The position numbers and the translations under genes were made by a program. The notes under the pieces are model-generated. The model was not told the origin of the DNA, searched no databases, and was given only the letters and a program-made list of their open reading frames with translations. Below are positions 19,020 to 26,749 of a stretch of 39,500 nt of DNA, piece after piece (position 1 is the first letter of the stretch; every line of letters begins with the position of its first letter). This DNA comes from a virus, in IMG/VR virus record IMGVR_UViG_3300032257_000044, positions 1-39,500 of that record. The stretch is one strand, 5' to 3'.

Positions 19020-20471
19020 CTAGAATTTATTGCGCTCTCGACGCTTCTTTTTGAAGTGCTGGTCTCTTATTGTGCCAAAGTTTACATTAACTATGTTGCC
19101 TGCTGCAAACTTTTGATCTTGAGTTAGAATAATTTGCTTCTCTTTTGAGAATTTCCAAGTCAAACTTAGGTATCTAAATGCGTCTGCATAGTGACTTGAT
19201 CCATCATGTATAGCGTCATTGCTAAATAATTTCTTTTCTTCGTCAAATTTACGCCTATAAGACTTTAGCGCATCAATACCATCTTTTGTTGTTACTTCAT
19301 TAAATACACAAAATTCAAACGTCTTACGGGCCGCATTAATCCCATCAAGCTTAGAAATGGATGGGCATATATCAAATTGACCTAAATCAAACTTCTTAGT
19401 GATTTTATAATGATCGATTAGGTCAAAAAACTGCTGTAATATCGACTTTCCGCCCATTCCCATTCTTACGGGTTTTGCGTCATGTGGTAGCCAATGCTTT
19501 CCGTATCTCCAATTATTTGAAATAGCTTTTTTGTATATTGCATCGGCATAAAAATCAGGGTCTTTAAAATTAAAATCAAAGCAGTCAATAACCCGTATTT
19601 CATGCCCTATTACCTGATAAAACCAAATAGCTGTTGCATCATTTCGACCTATATCCCATGCGCTATGAACAGGGTAGCGCTCATCATGGGGAACATGAGA
19701 TACGCGCTGGTTAGCTTCTAGTGTCGATAGCTTATCACCCCATATAGCGCCTGGCATTGCAGCATCAAATGAACAAAAATACTCTTGAAGCCATAGCGCC
19801 TTTCCGTATTCTTCACCATGCTCAGACTGATACTCAATTAATTCCGCATCTAATTGCTCTTTAGTAAAAACAGATGTTTGGTCGGCTGCTAATATTTGAG
19901 AAAACCAGTTATCAGACCCTTCAGCCATATCAATTAGGTTTTTAAAGTGATTCTTTCCGCGGGGAGTAGAGTTAAATATAGCCCATCCTTTATTTTCTAA
20001 TAGAATGGGCCTTATAAATCCCCAGCTATTAGGATTAGATAGCGCATATTCTGAAAAGGTTGTGCCTACGGGCGTTGAGCCAACTAAACTATCATAATTA
20101 TCAGACCCAACTAATTGCCATGTTGAGCCATTTTTAAAAACTATCTTCATTTCCTGATTAAGCGTATTAGCTCTTAGTTCTTCAGGAAAGGCTAAATCAA
20201 TTCGCTTCTTGCCTGAAGCTGGATCAACCGCATCCCATATAGCCTTTCTACACTGACCATACTCTGGAAGCATGTACCAATAGTTTCCAATCCTTTCAAA
20301 TGCAGCACAAGCATTATGGTTAAGCATTACCGCATCTTTACCGCTACGACGATGCCATGAAACAGCCGCACGTTTACCCATCTTAGGATTCTTCTCTTCT
20401 TTACTGAGATAATCCCATAGAGGCTGCTGATAGTCGCGTGGACTCCATTTATTGGGTAGTTGGATGCTCAT
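19020..20471 (-). CDS. terL: Terminase large subunit
   Basis: 483 aa. Walker-A-like WHRRSGKD near the N-terminus, with acidic nuclease-type motifs in the C-terminal half. Overlaps the small-subunit gene by 23 nt and is followed by the portal. Confidence 0.85.
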   Translation of the reverse strand: MSIQLPNKWSPRDYQQPLWDYLSKEEKNPKMGKRAAVSWHRRSGKDAVMLNHNACAAFERIGNYWYMLPEYGQCRKAIWDAVDPASGKKRIDLAFPEELRANTLNQEMKIVFKNGSTWQLVGSDNYDSLVGSTPVGTTFSEYALSNPNSWGFIRPILLENKGWAIFNSTPRGKNHFKNLIDMAEGSDNWFSQILAADQTSVFTKEQLDAELIEYQSEHGEEYGKALWLQEYFCSFDAAMPGAIWGDKLSTLEANQRVSHVPHDERYPVHSAWDIGRNDATAIWFYQVIGHEIRVIDCFDFNFKDPDFYADAIYKKAISNNWRYGKHWLPHDAKPVRMGMGGKSILQQFFDLIDHYKITKKFDLGQFDICPSISKLDGINAARKTFEFCVFNEVTTKDGIDALKSYRRKFDEEKKLFSNDAIHDGSSHYADAFRYLSLTWKFSKEKQIILTQDQKFAAGNIVNVNFGTIRDQHFKKKRRERNKF

Positions 20472-21018
20472 CTATCACCGTGACTTCAAGTATTTCTTCA
20501 ATAGCTTCTTCAAGCGGAACGTCATGTTTTCCCATTAAATTGTAGACTTTATGATAGTCAACGCCTTCTTTTCTGCATATCTGAGGGAGATTCATTATCT
20601 CACCTTTCCATTTATGAAGTGTCTTTGTTTCAAATGATTGCAAGTATTCTAGTTTATCTTTAACTTGAAGTGGCCCTACATAATCAGCGTACATCTCTCT
20701 ATTGGCTCTGTTTACAGATACTTCATGAGCAGTATGTGACCCCATATTGCCGCCACCCATCTCAATAGATACGCCACCACGATTAATAACAACCTTTAAT
20801 CCTTCAGCCATCTCTTCGTTCTTTTGCTCCCACTGGACTATTTTATCAACATTATCCAGTATAAGCTTTTGAGCCATCAAAGACTCATCTTTAACTGCCT
20901 TCTTAATAACACTGTTCATTATTGCATCCAAATCATTCTCAGCAATATCTTTGAACTTCTTATGAAGATACTCTCTTACTACAGTAGCATGATTCTTACT
21001 GCCCTTCTTTCTTGTCAT
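20449..21018 (-). CDS. Terminase small subunit (by position)
   Basis: 189 aa, first gene of the late block, basic N-terminus, overlaps terL. No motif-level support. Confidence 0.45.
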   Translation of the reverse strand: MTRKKGSKNHATVVREYLHKKFKDIAENDLDAIMNSVIKKAVKDESLMAQKLILDNVDKIVQWEQKNEEMAEGLKVVINRGGVSIEMGGGNMGSHTAHEVSVNRANREMYADYVGPLQVKDKLEYLQSFETKTLHKWKGEIMNLPQICRKEGVDYHKVYNLMGKHDVPLEEAIEEILEVTVIDEHPTTQ

Positions 21019-21040
21019 AGGTGTCTCCTAATTTATCAAG

Positions 21041-21068
21041 AGTATAACTCAAAACAGTGTTTATTCAA
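21041..21068 (-). promoter_or_regulatory. Sigma70-like promoter candidate for the late block
   Basis: The minus strand reads TTGAAT (21068-21063), a 16-nt spacer, then TATACT (21046-21041), about 22 nt upstream of the ATG at 21018. AGGAGA lies in the short leader. Confidence 0.35.
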
Positions 21069-21151
21069 TCATTGTAATTTATCTATGATAACACTGCGAT
21101 TGATAGATAAAGTCAATCAACAAAGTTTCAGCAAAAGGTATATACTAAAGT

Positions 21152-21186
21152 TAATGCCAAGGAGGCACGACCTAATAATGCCAAGG
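21152..21186 (+). repeat. Two copies of the 11-mer TAATGCCAAGG, 24 bp apart
   Basis: Read directly: 21152-21162 and 21176-21186, at the edge of the GC-richer non-coding island. Confidence 0.8.
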
Positions 21187-21385
21187 TCACTAAATAAAAG
21201 GCTAAGTCGGGGGCAGAGGAACCTTCCCAACCCAATTGGTGTTACGCCAACGGTTACAAACCCTAACGGGCAATACGACACGTAACAACTCTCAACTTAA
21301 GAGGGTTAACCAATACGGTTCCCTTTTTCCTCTCCAAGATACCCAGACTCTATTTTAAATCAAACCAATAGTGTTAAACAATAAC

Positions 21386-21400
21386 ATTGCATAATGCAAT
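21386..21400. promoter_or_regulatory. Perfect palindrome ATTGCAT-A-ATGCAAT (operator-like site 1)
   Basis: Read directly. 7-bp arms with a 1-nt centre, in the divergent control region. Confidence 0.5.
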
Positions 21401-21445
21401 ATAAGCAAATGGTTAAGTAGTTTAAAATTAGTGGATTCTGTAAAT

Positions 21446-21498
21446 GGTGGTACCCACCCACACAACCACCCCCGCCACCGCTTCACCCACCCCCCCCA
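21446..21498. repeat. C-rich tract with CCACC iterations and a C8 run (G-rich on the minus strand)
   Basis: GGTGGTACCCACCCACACAACCACCCCCGCCACCGCTTCACCCACCCCCCCC. CCACC occurs at 21454, 21466, 21475 and 21487, and the C8 run is at 21490-21497. Its composition differs sharply from the AT-rich surroundings. Confidence 0.85.
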
Positions 21499-21527
21499 TC
21501 AATACACTAAAATAAATAATAATAACT

Positions 21528-21556
21528 GTCCTACACTGTGTAGTCCTAGTCCTACA
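21528..21556. promoter_or_regulatory. GTCCTA(C) repeats with an embedded palindrome CTACAC-T-GTGTAG
   Basis: GTCCTACACTGTGTAGTCCTAGTCCTACA, read directly. Three GTCCTA units. Confidence 0.35.
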
Positions 21557-21622
21557 AATGGCGTGATAATATGAGCGATAGAGATAATCTATCAATAAAC
21601 TCTCTTCAATAGCTATTCTACC

Positions 21623-21637
21623 ATTGCAAAATGCAAC
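21623..21637. promoter_or_regulatory. Operator-like site 2, ATTGCAAAATGCAAC
   Basis: Matches site 1 at 13 of 15 positions. Inverted arms TTGCA/TGCAA. About 237 bp from site 1, on the other side of the C-rich tract. Confidence 0.45.
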
Positions 21638-21718
21638 GTTTAACCTTTTATTAATCAGATAGATGTTAGATTGTTATATCTTCTTATCTAATAGATTAAT
21701 TATGTTATTCGTTTAACC

Positions 21719-21745
21719 ATAAACTTAGTTAATACGGGTATAAAA
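21719..21745 (+). promoter_or_regulatory. Intergenic motif copy a (TTAATacGGGTATAAAA), preceded by the 15-mer ATAAACTTAGTTAAT; early promoter candidate
   Basis: 70 nt upstream of ATG 21816. The 15-mer recurs exactly at 26140-26154. Confidence 0.45.
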
Positions 21746-21815
21746 ACCTTTCATTATCTTTTCTTTAATTCTTACGCGATACTCTTTAAATCAACTAGAT
21801 AAAGGAACCGATACT

Positions 21816-22034
21816 ATGAAAATGACACAAACAGAACTATCAAAACTTTATAATAACAATGAAACTATTGTATTTAACTATAAAAGAGCGTTTGAAGTAA
21901 GGTGGTCACATGGTTGTAAAGAATACACACTAGTGCAAGTAAGGCGTGTATTTGAAGGTTTACCGTACACTAAGCGAGGTAGATACATAGCAATGAACCC
22001 AAAACAAGCTAATAATGTAATGCAAGGATATTAA
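21816..22034 (+). CDS. Hypothetical early protein (72 aa)
   Basis: Track ORF. First gene after the control region, with AAAGGAA upstream. Confidence 0.6.
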   Translation: MKMTQTELSKLYNNNETIVFNYKRAFEVRWSHGCKEYTLVQVRRVFEGLPYTKRGRYIAMNPKQANNVMQGY

Positions 22035-22038
22035 GACT

Positions 22039-22248
22039 ATGACAAGACTATCTGAATTAGAAGTTAAGAAGGGCGACCACGTTGTATTAAAGCGTGAGTT
22101 TATGGATGATGGTGATGAGAACTATAGATTTGTTGCTGTAGATGATATGGAGCATGGAAGAGTGACTATTGAGGCGCAGGGTACTGGCTTATCAATTGCA
22201 CCGTCTAGTGTAGTTAGTCGTCATATGATTTCTAGTGCAAGATCATGA
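22039..22248 (+). CDS. Hypothetical early protein (69 aa)
   Basis: Track ORF, tightly packed. Its stop overlaps the next start. Confidence 0.6.
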   Translation: MTRLSELEVKKGDHVVLKREFMDDGDENYRFVAVDDMEHGRVTIEAQGTGLSIAPSSVVSRHMISSARS

Positions 22249-22868
22249 ATGTATTAATAGGCTGCGAGGAATCACAAGTAGTTTGTCAGGCATTTAGGGA
22301 TTTAGGTCATAATGCGTTTAGCTGTGACTTACAACCTACTAGAGGCAATCCTGAATGGCATTATCAAGGTAATATCATGGATGCTATGCACGAGACTGGC
22401 TACTTTGAAGCTGTGAATCTTGATCTTATTATTCTACACCCTGACTGCACGGCTATGGCGCTAAGTGGAAATCGCTGGTATGGGCGTGATATGCCTCATA
22501 ATGATAAGCGCATTAAATCAGTTGAATGGACGCTTAAACTGTGGGAATTAGCCTTAAAACGCTCAGACAGAGTTTGCCTGGAAAATCCTAAATCTGTAAT
22601 TTTTCCTTTCTTACGTGATATTGGGCATATCGTTCAATACATTCAACCTTGGATGTTTGGTCATACTGAGAATAAAGAAACAGGCCTTTGTTTACATGGA
22701 TTACCTAATCTTAAACCTACTAATGATGTGAGTCATTTAATGGTCAATATGAGTAAAGCTGAAACCGATAAAATACATAGAATGCCGCCATCACCAACAC
22801 GTAAGCGCGATAGATCAGTAACTTATCAAGGCATAGCTAATGCTATGGCAAATCAATGGAGTAAATAA
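22245..22868 (+). CDS. C5-cytosine DNA methyltransferase-like protein (short phage family); no restriction partner seen
   Basis: LIGCEESQ...GHNAFSCDL, ILHPDCT (PC-type catalytic motif), CLENPKS (ENV-like motif) and IQPWMFGH..K.TGLCLHGLPNLKPT. This matches my memory of a ~200-aa phage family usually annotated as DNA cytosine methyltransferase. The classic FxGxG AdoMet motif is not evident. Confidence 0.45.
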   Translation: MNVLIGCEESQVVCQAFRDLGHNAFSCDLQPTRGNPEWHYQGNIMDAMHETGYFEAVNLDLIILHPDCTAMALSGNRWYGRDMPHNDKRIKSVEWTLKLWELALKRSDRVCLENPKSVIFPFLRDIGHIVQYIQPWMFGHTENKETGLCLHGLPNLKPTNDVSHLMVNMSKAETDKIHRMPPSPTRKRDRSVTYQGIANAMANQWSK

Positions 22869-22869
22869 C

Positions 22870-23118
22870 ATGCACACTATGATTAATAAACAACTAGCCC
22901 CTTTTGCAGACTTTCCACGTATTACACGTATTGAGGACTTAGAACCATTAGAAGTTACGCCAGAGCGTGATTTTCCTGAGATACTTGAACGTATAGATGT
23001 CTTTCCTGAATGGTTAGACTGTGATGAGTCACTAGAAGAGCATGTAGCTAATAACATTGAAGATACAATCAATAGCATACATGAATCATTAGTTTATAAA
23101 CGCAAATATACTAAATAA
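22870..23118 (+). CDS. Small strongly acidic protein (82 aa)
   Basis: The track ORF 22840..23118 starts inside the previous gene. ATG 22870 has GGAG 9 nt upstream. D/E-rich sequence (EDLEPLEVTPERDFPEILERIDVFPEWLDCDESLEEH). Confidence 0.55.
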   Translation: MHTMINKQLAPFADFPRITRIEDLEPLEVTPERDFPEILERIDVFPEWLDCDESLEEHVANNIEDTINSIHESLVYKRKYTK

Positions 23119-23128
23119 GGGGTAACTT

Positions 23129-23266
23129 ATGAAAATACCTGAATGCTATAAGCCAGTACAAAGCAAGCGAGAATATCAGGCTTTAATGAGGTTTTATAGA
23201 GCTAATGGAAAGCTTGACCTTGCAGAAGATTGCTTTTTATTACTTCTGTTTTTCTATAAAGATTAA
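23129..23266 (+). CDS. Small hypothetical protein (45 aa)
   Basis: My translation, MKIPECYKPVQSKREYQALMRFYRANGKLDLAEDCFLLLLFFYKD. AAGGGG lies upstream of the ATG. Confidence 0.35.
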   Translation: MKIPECYKPVQSKREYQALMRFYRANGKLDLAEDCFLLLLFFYKD

Positions 23267-23298
23267 ATAACACTTATTAACTACAAAGAGAGAAGACT

Positions 23299-23556
23299 AT
23301 GAGAAGTAAAATAATAAACAGAGCAAGACAAGTAATTAAAGATACTAAATATATTAATAATTGGTTCGGTGCGGAAAGATTCTTCAATGAATCATATGTA
23401 ACTGGCCTTATACAAGGCAAATATTTTATTACTAAAGATAATTTTATGAGTCAGACAATATATGCTTTAAGAGAAATAACACCGGATGGAATTAATACCA
23501 TCGGTGGCCCTTTAGATTCTGAATTAGAAGCGCGTAACTTAATAGGGAGTAAATAA
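23299..23556 (+). CDS. Hypothetical protein (85 aa)
   Basis: Track ORF with AGAGAAGA upstream. Last gene before the convergent terminator. Confidence 0.55.
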   Translation: MRSKIINRARQVIKDTKYINNWFGAERFFNESYVTGLIQGKYFITKDNFMSQTIYALREITPDGINTIGGPLDSELEARNLIGSK

Positions 23557-23563
23557 CAAGCAC

Positions 23564-23588
23564 TAGCCCCTTAATTGGGGCTATTTTA
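23564..23588. terminator. Rho-independent terminator between convergent genes
   Basis: TAGCCCC-TTAATT-GGGGCTA (7-bp stem) followed by TTTTAT. Lies between the stop of 23299..23556 (+) and the stop of 23589..23942 (-). Confidence 0.8.
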
Positions 23589-23942
23589 TCAGTTATTCTT
23601 TATATTATTAACATTGCCACCAAACCCAAACAATAAACTATTAGTATCAATGATTTTCTTTGCTTTCTTCTTAGGTTTTGGCTTAACTGGCTCAGTTATT
23701 CTTACCTTAAAATCAGTTAATCTTTGGTAAACATGGCTAGATGTTCGCTCAATGAATCCAAACTCATGCTTGTATTGCTTAACTACTTTAATTTCACCAC
23801 GTTTAACCATTTCGGCAAACACTTGGCCCACTGATTTATAATAGCAATCAATTTCCCTCGCTATATCCTTTTGAGTGTATTCATCACTTAATGATTTAGA
23901 TAATATCTGTTTTCTTACCTTCTCTTTTATTGATAACGTCAT
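23589..23942 (-). CDS. Winged-helix DNA-binding-like protein with a basic tail (117 aa)
   Basis: The segment TQKDIAREIDCYYKSVGQVFAEMVKRGEIKVV looks like an HTH plus wing. The C-terminus is KPKPKKKAKK. Confidence 0.4.
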   Translation of the reverse strand: MTLSIKEKVRKQILSKSLSDEYTQKDIAREIDCYYKSVGQVFAEMVKRGEIKVVKQYKHEFGFIERTSSHVYQRLTDFKVRITEPVKPKPKKKAKKIIDTNSLLFGFGGNVNNIKNN

Positions 23943-23945
23943 ATA

Positions 23946-24206
23946 TTAGCCTTTTCTGCTATGTAGCCTTTCCTTTGCTTTCTCACACTGCAATTCGTAA
24001 GCTTGCCTTTGCTTGTCTGTCATTGCGTTTATCTTTTCCTGCTTCTGTACAGTACGCAAATTAGAGTTTAATGGCCTGTATTCAAACAAACTACACTCTG
24101 TCATGGTGCAATTACTAGTTTGATCACGCCAGGTGCCAGAATCTTTACTGTCATATATGCAAGATTTACAAAATTCATTAATGGCTTGTTGTCTTGTTAG
24201 TTTCAT
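23946..24206 (-). CDS. Small Cys-rich (zinc-binding type) phage protein (86 aa)
   Basis: CKSC...(n)...C..TEC.LFEYRP resembles a widespread small phage/plasmid Cys4 family, from memory. Confidence 0.4.
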   Translation of the reverse strand: MKLTRQQAINEFCKSCIYDSKDSGTWRDQTSNCTMTECSLFEYRPLNSNLRTVQKQEKINAMTDKQRQAYELQCEKAKERLHSRKG

Positions 24207-24463
24207 AATTGAACCTCCAGGTTATTCTTTTTTAGCCAGTGCGGTAAAAACCTATATTTATATTCTTTGTTTCTATACAGGGCCTTCTTTCTATATGGGC
24301 AGACTAATAGCTTTTTACCATTGGTTAACTTGATAATAGCCCTGTATTTTGAGCCACATAACGCCCAATCAAAGTCTATTTCATTATCCCTTAATACTTT
24401 TAGCTCTTTAGCTATCAGGTTATCATTAGACTTAATGTCTGAGTTTTCTAATATAGTGTTCAT
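24203..24463 (-). CDS. Hypothetical basic protein (86 aa)
   Basis: Track ORF. ATGA-type overlaps with both neighbours support the minus-strand choice. Confidence 0.5.
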   Translation of the reverse strand: MNTILENSDIKSNDNLIAKELKVLRDNEIDFDWALCGSKYRAIIKLTNGKKLLVCPYRKKALYRNKEYKYRFLPHWLKKNNLEVQL

Positions 24464-24810
24464 TCTAATAACTCTGGGTTTTCGTGTATGTTTCCGATTA
24501 CCTCAAATCTCTTAGTTCTTTCTTGAATGGCTTGGCTTCTTCCTTGATTTTCTGATGTAATCATTTGATATGAGCCATTATCAAAAGTAATAACTGCCTG
24601 AATTTCATCAAGTTCAATAACGTCTGATTCATATATCTCAGTCCCGTTCTTGTCTTTGAGTCCTGTGTATTGCATAACTTCTACAGCTAATGGTTCATTC
24701 TCAACATTAGTCCAGAATTTAACCGGAAAAGGGTGACTGTTAACCATATACCCTGCTATTCTTGGATCACCTGCACCGTGATGCCATGCCCTAAATTTAA
24801 TCTCTCTCAT
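24460..24810 (-). CDS. YopX-family protein
   Basis: MREIKFRAW...QYTGLKDKNGTEIYESDVI...FEVIGNIHENPELLE is the characteristic YopX pattern. I prefer ATG 24810 (GAGGG upstream) over the track start 24837. Confidence 0.7.
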   Translation of the reverse strand: MREIKFRAWHHGAGDPRIAGYMVNSHPFPVKFWTNVENEPLAVEVMQYTGLKDKNGTEIYESDVIELDEIQAVITFDNGSYQMITSENQGRSQAIQERTKRFEVIGNIHENPELLE

Positions 24811-24850
24811 CCTGCACCCTCTATTATCATTATTCATGTATTTATATCCG

Positions 24851-24866
24851 TTTATGGGGTATATAA
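24851..24866 (+). promoter_or_regulatory. Intergenic motif copy g (TTTATgGGGTATATAA), plus polarity inside the minus-strand block
   Basis: Read directly in the 24838-24903 gap. Confidence 0.35.
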
Positions 24867-24903
24867 CTTGTTAGGCCTCCATAACCAAAGTTACATCAAC
24901 GTT

Positions 24904-25062
24904 TTACCAATCATGCACACCTGTCTTGCTCGGTGTTTTTAACCTTAAAACAGAATCTGGAGAAACTTCTCTTGCCTTCTTAATAGCGTGCTCAAGGCTA
25001 TCCGCCTTTATTTCATGCTCTACAAACACATCAAACTTAATATTTACAATATACTTACCCAT
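24904..25062 (-). CDS. Small hypothetical protein (52 aa)
   Basis: Internal ATG 25062 (MGKYIVNIKF...) has a strong GGAGGA upstream. The track start 25113 has none. Confidence 0.5.
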   Translation of the reverse strand: MGKYIVNIKFDVFVEHEIKADSLEHAIKKAREVSPDSVLRLKTPSKTGVHDW

Positions 25063-25136
25063 CCTATCCTCCAAAATGCCTAACAAGGCATTCAACTGGG
25101 AAGGCGCAAACAACGCGCCTCCCGTTAATTAATACG

Positions 25137-25466
25137 TTATTTAATACCCTGACTTTCATTGTATTGGCTTTCTTTACTAGGCCATTCTAAACTAATACCG
25201 AACTTCTCAGCAGTATGTCTGTTTATCACCTTATAAACCGCTTCAGGGTCAACCGTACTCATATCCTCAGTTGATTCTTTTCCCGTCATAGCCTCTAATA
25301 CTGGTTTATATAGGTGATCTTTTACGCTTTGCTTAGTCCACGGTATATCTATTCCAGGCTTTAACACCTTAACCATATCAAGACCCGCATCATTCAAAGC
25401 ATTAGCTAGATGCTCAAAATATAAGTGCATAGCGCCTCTTTGTGCTGGTGTTAGTTTGTTAGTCAT
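25137..25466 (-). CDS. Hypothetical protein, possibly NinB/Orf-like recombination mediator (tentative)
   Basis: 109 aa. The N-terminal pattern TPAQRGAMHLYFEHLANALNDAG recalls the QN..LH..F..IA motif of NinB-family proteins. A weak call from memory. Confidence 0.25.
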   Translation of the reverse strand: MTNKLTPAQRGAMHLYFEHLANALNDAGLDMVKVLKPGIDIPWTKQSVKDHLYKPVLEAMTGKESTEDMSTVDPEAVYKVINRHTAEKFGISLEWPSKESQYNESQGIK

Positions 25467-25468
25467 TA

Positions 25469-25834
25469 TCAGCTCTTAATAGATAATTCGTTTAATGCGG
25501 CTGTAGTACCTTCAAATTCTGGTATTTCTTCAGTCTTATCGTTATCTATTACCTCTATGAATTTCTTAGTTGAAGCTGTAGCACCTAACGGCACGGTTGG
25601 GGTTTTATTTACAATAAAATCACCATTTAAAAACCTAGTAACATAAATCACTTCTGGCTCTGGCTTTATGCGGTAATCTGTATCATTCGCCCAAATAGGG
25701 TTGTTTTGCTCCTTCCATTGCTGCTTTATTCTGCTTTCGCGTGTAAAAACAGTGCCTTCAATAATCTTACCCTCTGCAAACGCCTGAATAACAGGTAATA
25801 ACTCTTTTGCTCTGTCTCTGTTCATAGTCTGCAC
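25469..25834 (-). CDS. Hypothetical protein (121 aa)
   Basis: Track ORF, tightly packed. Confidence 0.55.
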   Translation of the reverse strand: MQTMNRDRAKELLPVIQAFAEGKIIEGTVFTRESRIKQQWKEQNNPIWANDTDYRIKPEPEVIYVTRFLNGDFIVNKTPTVPLGATASTKKFIEVIDNDKTEEIPEFEGTTAALNELSIKS

Positions 25835-26058
25835 TCCAAGTCTTTAGATTTAAGGCCGCAGTCACCGCCGACAACAGGTTTTGCGCCTTCTGTATCTTCT
25901 GAGCAATAACGTCCATCCACAACCCAATAATTGTAAGGTTCCCACATCATGCAGTCAGAGCCTATGCAGGTATCAAAATCAGTTGTAGAGCCATCAGGAA
26001 TGGCAACAATCTTTATTCTCTTAGGGCACTTTTTAAGATTTGCTTCTTCTTCTTTCAT
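25822..26058 (-). CDS. Small Cys-rich hypothetical protein (78 aa)
   Basis: Track ORF. First gene after the 26059-26245 gap. Confidence 0.5.
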   Translation of the reverse strand: MKEEEANLKKCPKRIKIVAIPDGSTTDFDTCIGSDCMMWEPYNYWVVDGRYCSEDTEGAKPVVGGDCGLKSKDLECRL

Positions 26059-26129
26059 AATCTATTTACCTTTATTAATCTATAAGACGTATTTTATTAA
26101 ATATAACTAGATAAAGATAATTCAGATTA

Positions 26130-26154
26130 TTAATGGGGTATAAACTTAGTTAAT
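26130..26154 (+). promoter_or_regulatory. Intergenic motif copy b (TTAATgGGGTATAAA) fused to the 15-mer ATAAACTTAGTTAAT
   Basis: Read directly. The 15-mer at 26140-26154 is identical to 21719-21733. Confidence 0.4.
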
Positions 26155-26157
26155 GAG

Positions 26158-26197
26158 CAATAAAAAGCCACTAAACGGAATTACCCTGAATAGTGGC
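26158..26197 (-). terminator. Terminator-like hairpin after 26246..26749
   Basis: The minus strand reads GCCACTA, a 17-nt loop, TAGTGGC, then TTTTTATTG. The loop is larger than in a canonical terminator. Confidence 0.4.
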
Positions 26198-26245
26198 TTA
26201 ACAGATACCTGGAAAGTATTTCTGTCGAGTGTTGAGTATATCACT

Positions 26246-26749
26246 TTACTTAAATTCGTCCATTGGTTTAATAGGTGGATGCAAGCTGTTAAACATGGTT
26301 TTCATGTATTGTTTTCTGAGTCTTAGCGAATGACACCGATCACTTTCGCCCTCTCTTTGCATCATGCCTGAGTCTTTATAGTGTTTTCTCATCATCTTTA
26401 ATACAGGCGTTTCAGGTGGTGGCAAATGATCGCCACAAAATGGATACCCCTGACCATGCACCTCTGCTGTACAGCCTTCTTTCTTACATTCTGGCAGCTT
26501 TACACGTTCTTTTGGCTGTCCTTCCTCGTCTGGCTTCTCGTTATTCCAGTATTGACCATTCAAATAACTGGCAGGATTAGGTATAAATTTCCTCTCTGTG
26601 TTGATATAACGGGTTTTTATATCCTCCGCTATCAATGCCCTGTCTTTCTTGTTTATCTTGGCATACGCTCGACCAGCAGCGGGTTTAGCATCCTTTTTAG
26701 GCCATGCAGCCCAAAACTCATTAAACTCATCGGTGTATATCACTTTCAC
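26246..26749 (-). CDS. Conserved phage protein (FWxxWPKK N-terminal motif, C-terminal Cys/His cluster); function unknown
   Basis: FNEFWAAWPKKDAKPAAGRAYAKI...FIPNPASYLNGQYWNNE matches a motif I recall from lambdoid early regions. I prefer the GTG at 26749 (a GTGA overlap with the upstream micro-ORF) over the track's TTG at 26755. Confidence 0.45.
   Translation of the reverse strand: MKVIYTDEFNEFWAAWPKKDAKPAAGRAYAKINKKDRALIAEDIKTRYINTERKFIPNPASYLNGQYWNNEKPDEEGQPKERVKLPECKKEGCTAEVHGQGYPFCGDHLPPPETPVLKMMRKHYKDSGMMQREGESDRCHSLRLRKQYMKTMFNSLHPPIKPMDEFK

Noticed and set aside
20824-21285. 153-aa plus-strand ORF overlapping the small-terminase gene start and the control region
   Set aside because: It is antisense to terS for its first 195 nt, has no RBS and has an implausible composition. 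Its 3' part simply reflects the stop-poor GC-richer island.
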